Part shown: positions 61,661-64,000 of the stretch, piece by piece
Layout: each line of letters begins with the position of its first letter
Position numbering within the stretch: the stretch's first letter is position 1
Source: Lama glama
Lineage: Eukaryota
Length of the DNA: 64,000 nt
Direction: 5' to 3'
NCBI GenBank assembly: GCA_028534125.1
Contig: CM052817.1
Location: 94,118,001 to 94,182,000, forward strand
Program-made: the position numbers and the translations under genes
The notes under the pieces: generated by a model
What the model saw: the letters and a program-made list of their open reading frames with translations, nothing else
Told to the model about the DNA's origin: nothing
The model's database searches: none

Positions 61661-64000
61661 ACAAGGTTATATGTCCAGAGCAGAGTCTGTCTTGGATAGG
61701 CCCTGAGCAGAAGGGGCTTTTCCTAATTAGGCACAGCCTCATCTTGTCCATTCCTCGCACAGTGTGATTTCTGCTTTGTCCTGGGGTGGTGAGCTCTCCT
61801 TCCTCTCAGTCCTGCTGTCACTGCTACAGCTCTCTTGTTTGCTGGTCCACTCCCCGCAGCCCACGTCAATGCCATTCACCTCTGCCTGCACTAGTTGGCA
61901 TTGGGATCTATAAAAAAGGGTAAAAATGGGGGAGAGGAAAATGAAATCTCTTCCTACATCTGCTTTATTGTCACTTGTTCCTGTCCCTCACCTGCTTTCA
62001 CCCCAATGATGAAAGAATGCAGATGGAGGAATAAAGGGGAGGGAAATGGTGCCTTATGTTTTGAATACTCTTTTCCTTTTCTGCTCATTAGACCTCTCTC
62101 TGCTCCCCACTAACCTTCTCCCCTATTTTCCTCTCTGACCCTTCAAAGTCTGTCTTCCCTACTAGATTATAAGTTCCAGGAGGATAAAAACCACATTGAT
62201 TTTGGTCTCTGCTGCACCCCCCAGGGCATAGCATAGTGCCTGACATACAGAAGATGCTTCAGGCGTGCACGCGTAGCAGATGAGTGAGGAACGTAAGGTG
62301 GTTTGGCTGGGGGCACAGAGCACTGGAGACTGAGCTTTTATTTCTCTCCCTCTCTCATTGTTGACAGCTTTACCCTGGTCTGATTTCTTCTCATCCTCCA
62401 TCTCTAATCTTGAAGGAGCCTACCTACTGGGCAGCAGCAAGATGTTCCCCACAATGGGGTGCCGGACACATTTTCCCATGGCACCTTTTTCTGCGTGGTG
62501 GTTAGTCTGTTGAAACTGTATGCTTAAGGAAGTTGTGGGCTGGCCAGAGAAGTGAGCCGCTATGAGCAACATTGTATCTATGAGAAAATGCATTCTGGAG
62601 TCCAGTGAATCTACTTACATACAAACTTCTGGATATGCCTCTTTTCCATTAGTTGGGGACTGCCATTGCATGATCTCTTGTTCAGGCTTTAATTCATTAC
62701 TAATATGTAAATGGACAGTAAGCCATTTCTTTGTAGAAGGATCAGAGCCAGAAGTCTTTCCTTCTGAGGTTATGCACTCTTCCATTAAAATGAATTTCAT
62801 TCATCCGACAAACATGGTAGTGTATTTCAAATGTATTTATAGAGTGCTGGGCACACGCTGGGCTTTGTAGGAAGGATTCACACGTGAATAAGGGGGGACT
62901 CTACCCTGTCAAGGTCACAGTCAGGTTTCCAGTTTGTTTTTTTTCAGGTTTCCATTTAAATAGGAATTGCACTCATGTAGCCCGCGAGGTCACTTCGAGC
63001 TCTGATATTCAGTCATTCTGTGGTTTTGAATTGCCCTATTCATTTGCTCATTTTTCTTATCATACGTGGTTCTACTATACAGTGTATTTTTAGATAATGA
63101 TGGAGAAAGCATACTGACATGCATGAATAACAGTTAATATACAGTAACCCTACCTTTGCAGCTTTCAAGTAATTCTGAATTTATCTATCATTGAGAATGA
63201 AAAATCCAGGAGCTAACCATTTCTTTTCATTCCAACTTTTTATCATGAAAAGAATGAAGCCGGAGACATTGTGAAATTGACATAAAAATAGAGCCATAGG
63301 GGCTTTGTGTTGGAAGGGTACACATTCCTCAAGGATCATATGTATGAGTGTTGGGGTTAACAGATATTTTTTAAATGCTCTCCTGTAATTTTCCTACTTT
63401 TATAGGAAGTATGTGTTCCTCCTCCACTACCACCATCACACACATAGACACATTTCCATGCGCATAACATGGCATCTCTTTAGATAAGTAAAAATATTTC
63501 AGTGAAGTATTTTTCTTTCTCCAAATCATTTACCCTTGCGTCTTAATGACTACTTGAGGAACAAAACCTAGTTTCTGGGAACCAGAATGTGGGAAATCTG
63601 GATGTTTATATAAAAAATTCTACAGACATTTATAAAACATACTTAGAACTCTCTGGAGTGAAAAAATAACTGTGTTGTATGAGAACAGTCCGCCTTGAAA
63701 CTTGGAGAAGTTACCTGGTAGTTAATTTCAAATCTGATCTGAACCACAAACATCTCTGTTGCTGCATCTCTTTTATTTTTAATTAAAGTCTGCAATTCGG
63801 GTAATATATTAACTGTTTCTGGCAAGTGAATTGATGACCGTTTCCTCTCAGGATCTGGAAAGAAACAGGTACTCTTTCTAGCTTCTGGAATTCCATTTAG
63901 TGATCATGGTAACAGGAGAGTCCCTGAATTAGTGCTTAAACTTGAATTTGCCAGTACATTTTGGAGTGTTATTTTCCCTCTCTACAATAACTACTAATAA

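Larger units (their letters stand above)
38559..64000 (+). other. GAB1: GAB1 intron 1 (partial, runs off the window)
   Basis: Donor GTAAGT at 38559. No exon 2 peptide (AWKRRWFVLRSG...) seen downstream in the sequence or ORF track. Confidence 0.85.

Noticed and set aside
1..64000. CRISPR arrays, operons or other prokaryotic-type systems
   Set aside because: The sequence is clearly mammalian. The recurring similar segments are dispersed L1 3' ends, not regularly spaced repeats.

Overview
Mammalian genomic DNA, most likely a camelid (alpaca/camel), judged from three Vic-1-type tRNA-derived SINEs and camelid/artiodactyl-type L1 3' ends. The only protein-coding feature is the first coding exon of GAB1 (+ strand, 38487-38558, [24 protein letters not shown], then GTAAGT), inside a ~2.4 kb CpG-island promoter. 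About 36 kb upstream is repeat-rich intergenic DNA; the last ~25 kb is GAB1 intron 1, and I found no exon 2. The most notable findings are: (1) a 351-bp TSD-flanked mini-L1 whose extreme 5' end is joined directly to the 3' UTR at what look like splice sites, with both ORFs removed; (2) a hairpin made of two tail-to-tail L2 ends in intron 1 that matches my recollection of human MIR3139; (3) two L1 insertions with twin-priming 5' inversions; (4) ZNF143-type and Z-DNA elements in the promoter. All repeat names are by eye and from memory, not from a database search, and boundaries of old repeats are approximate.
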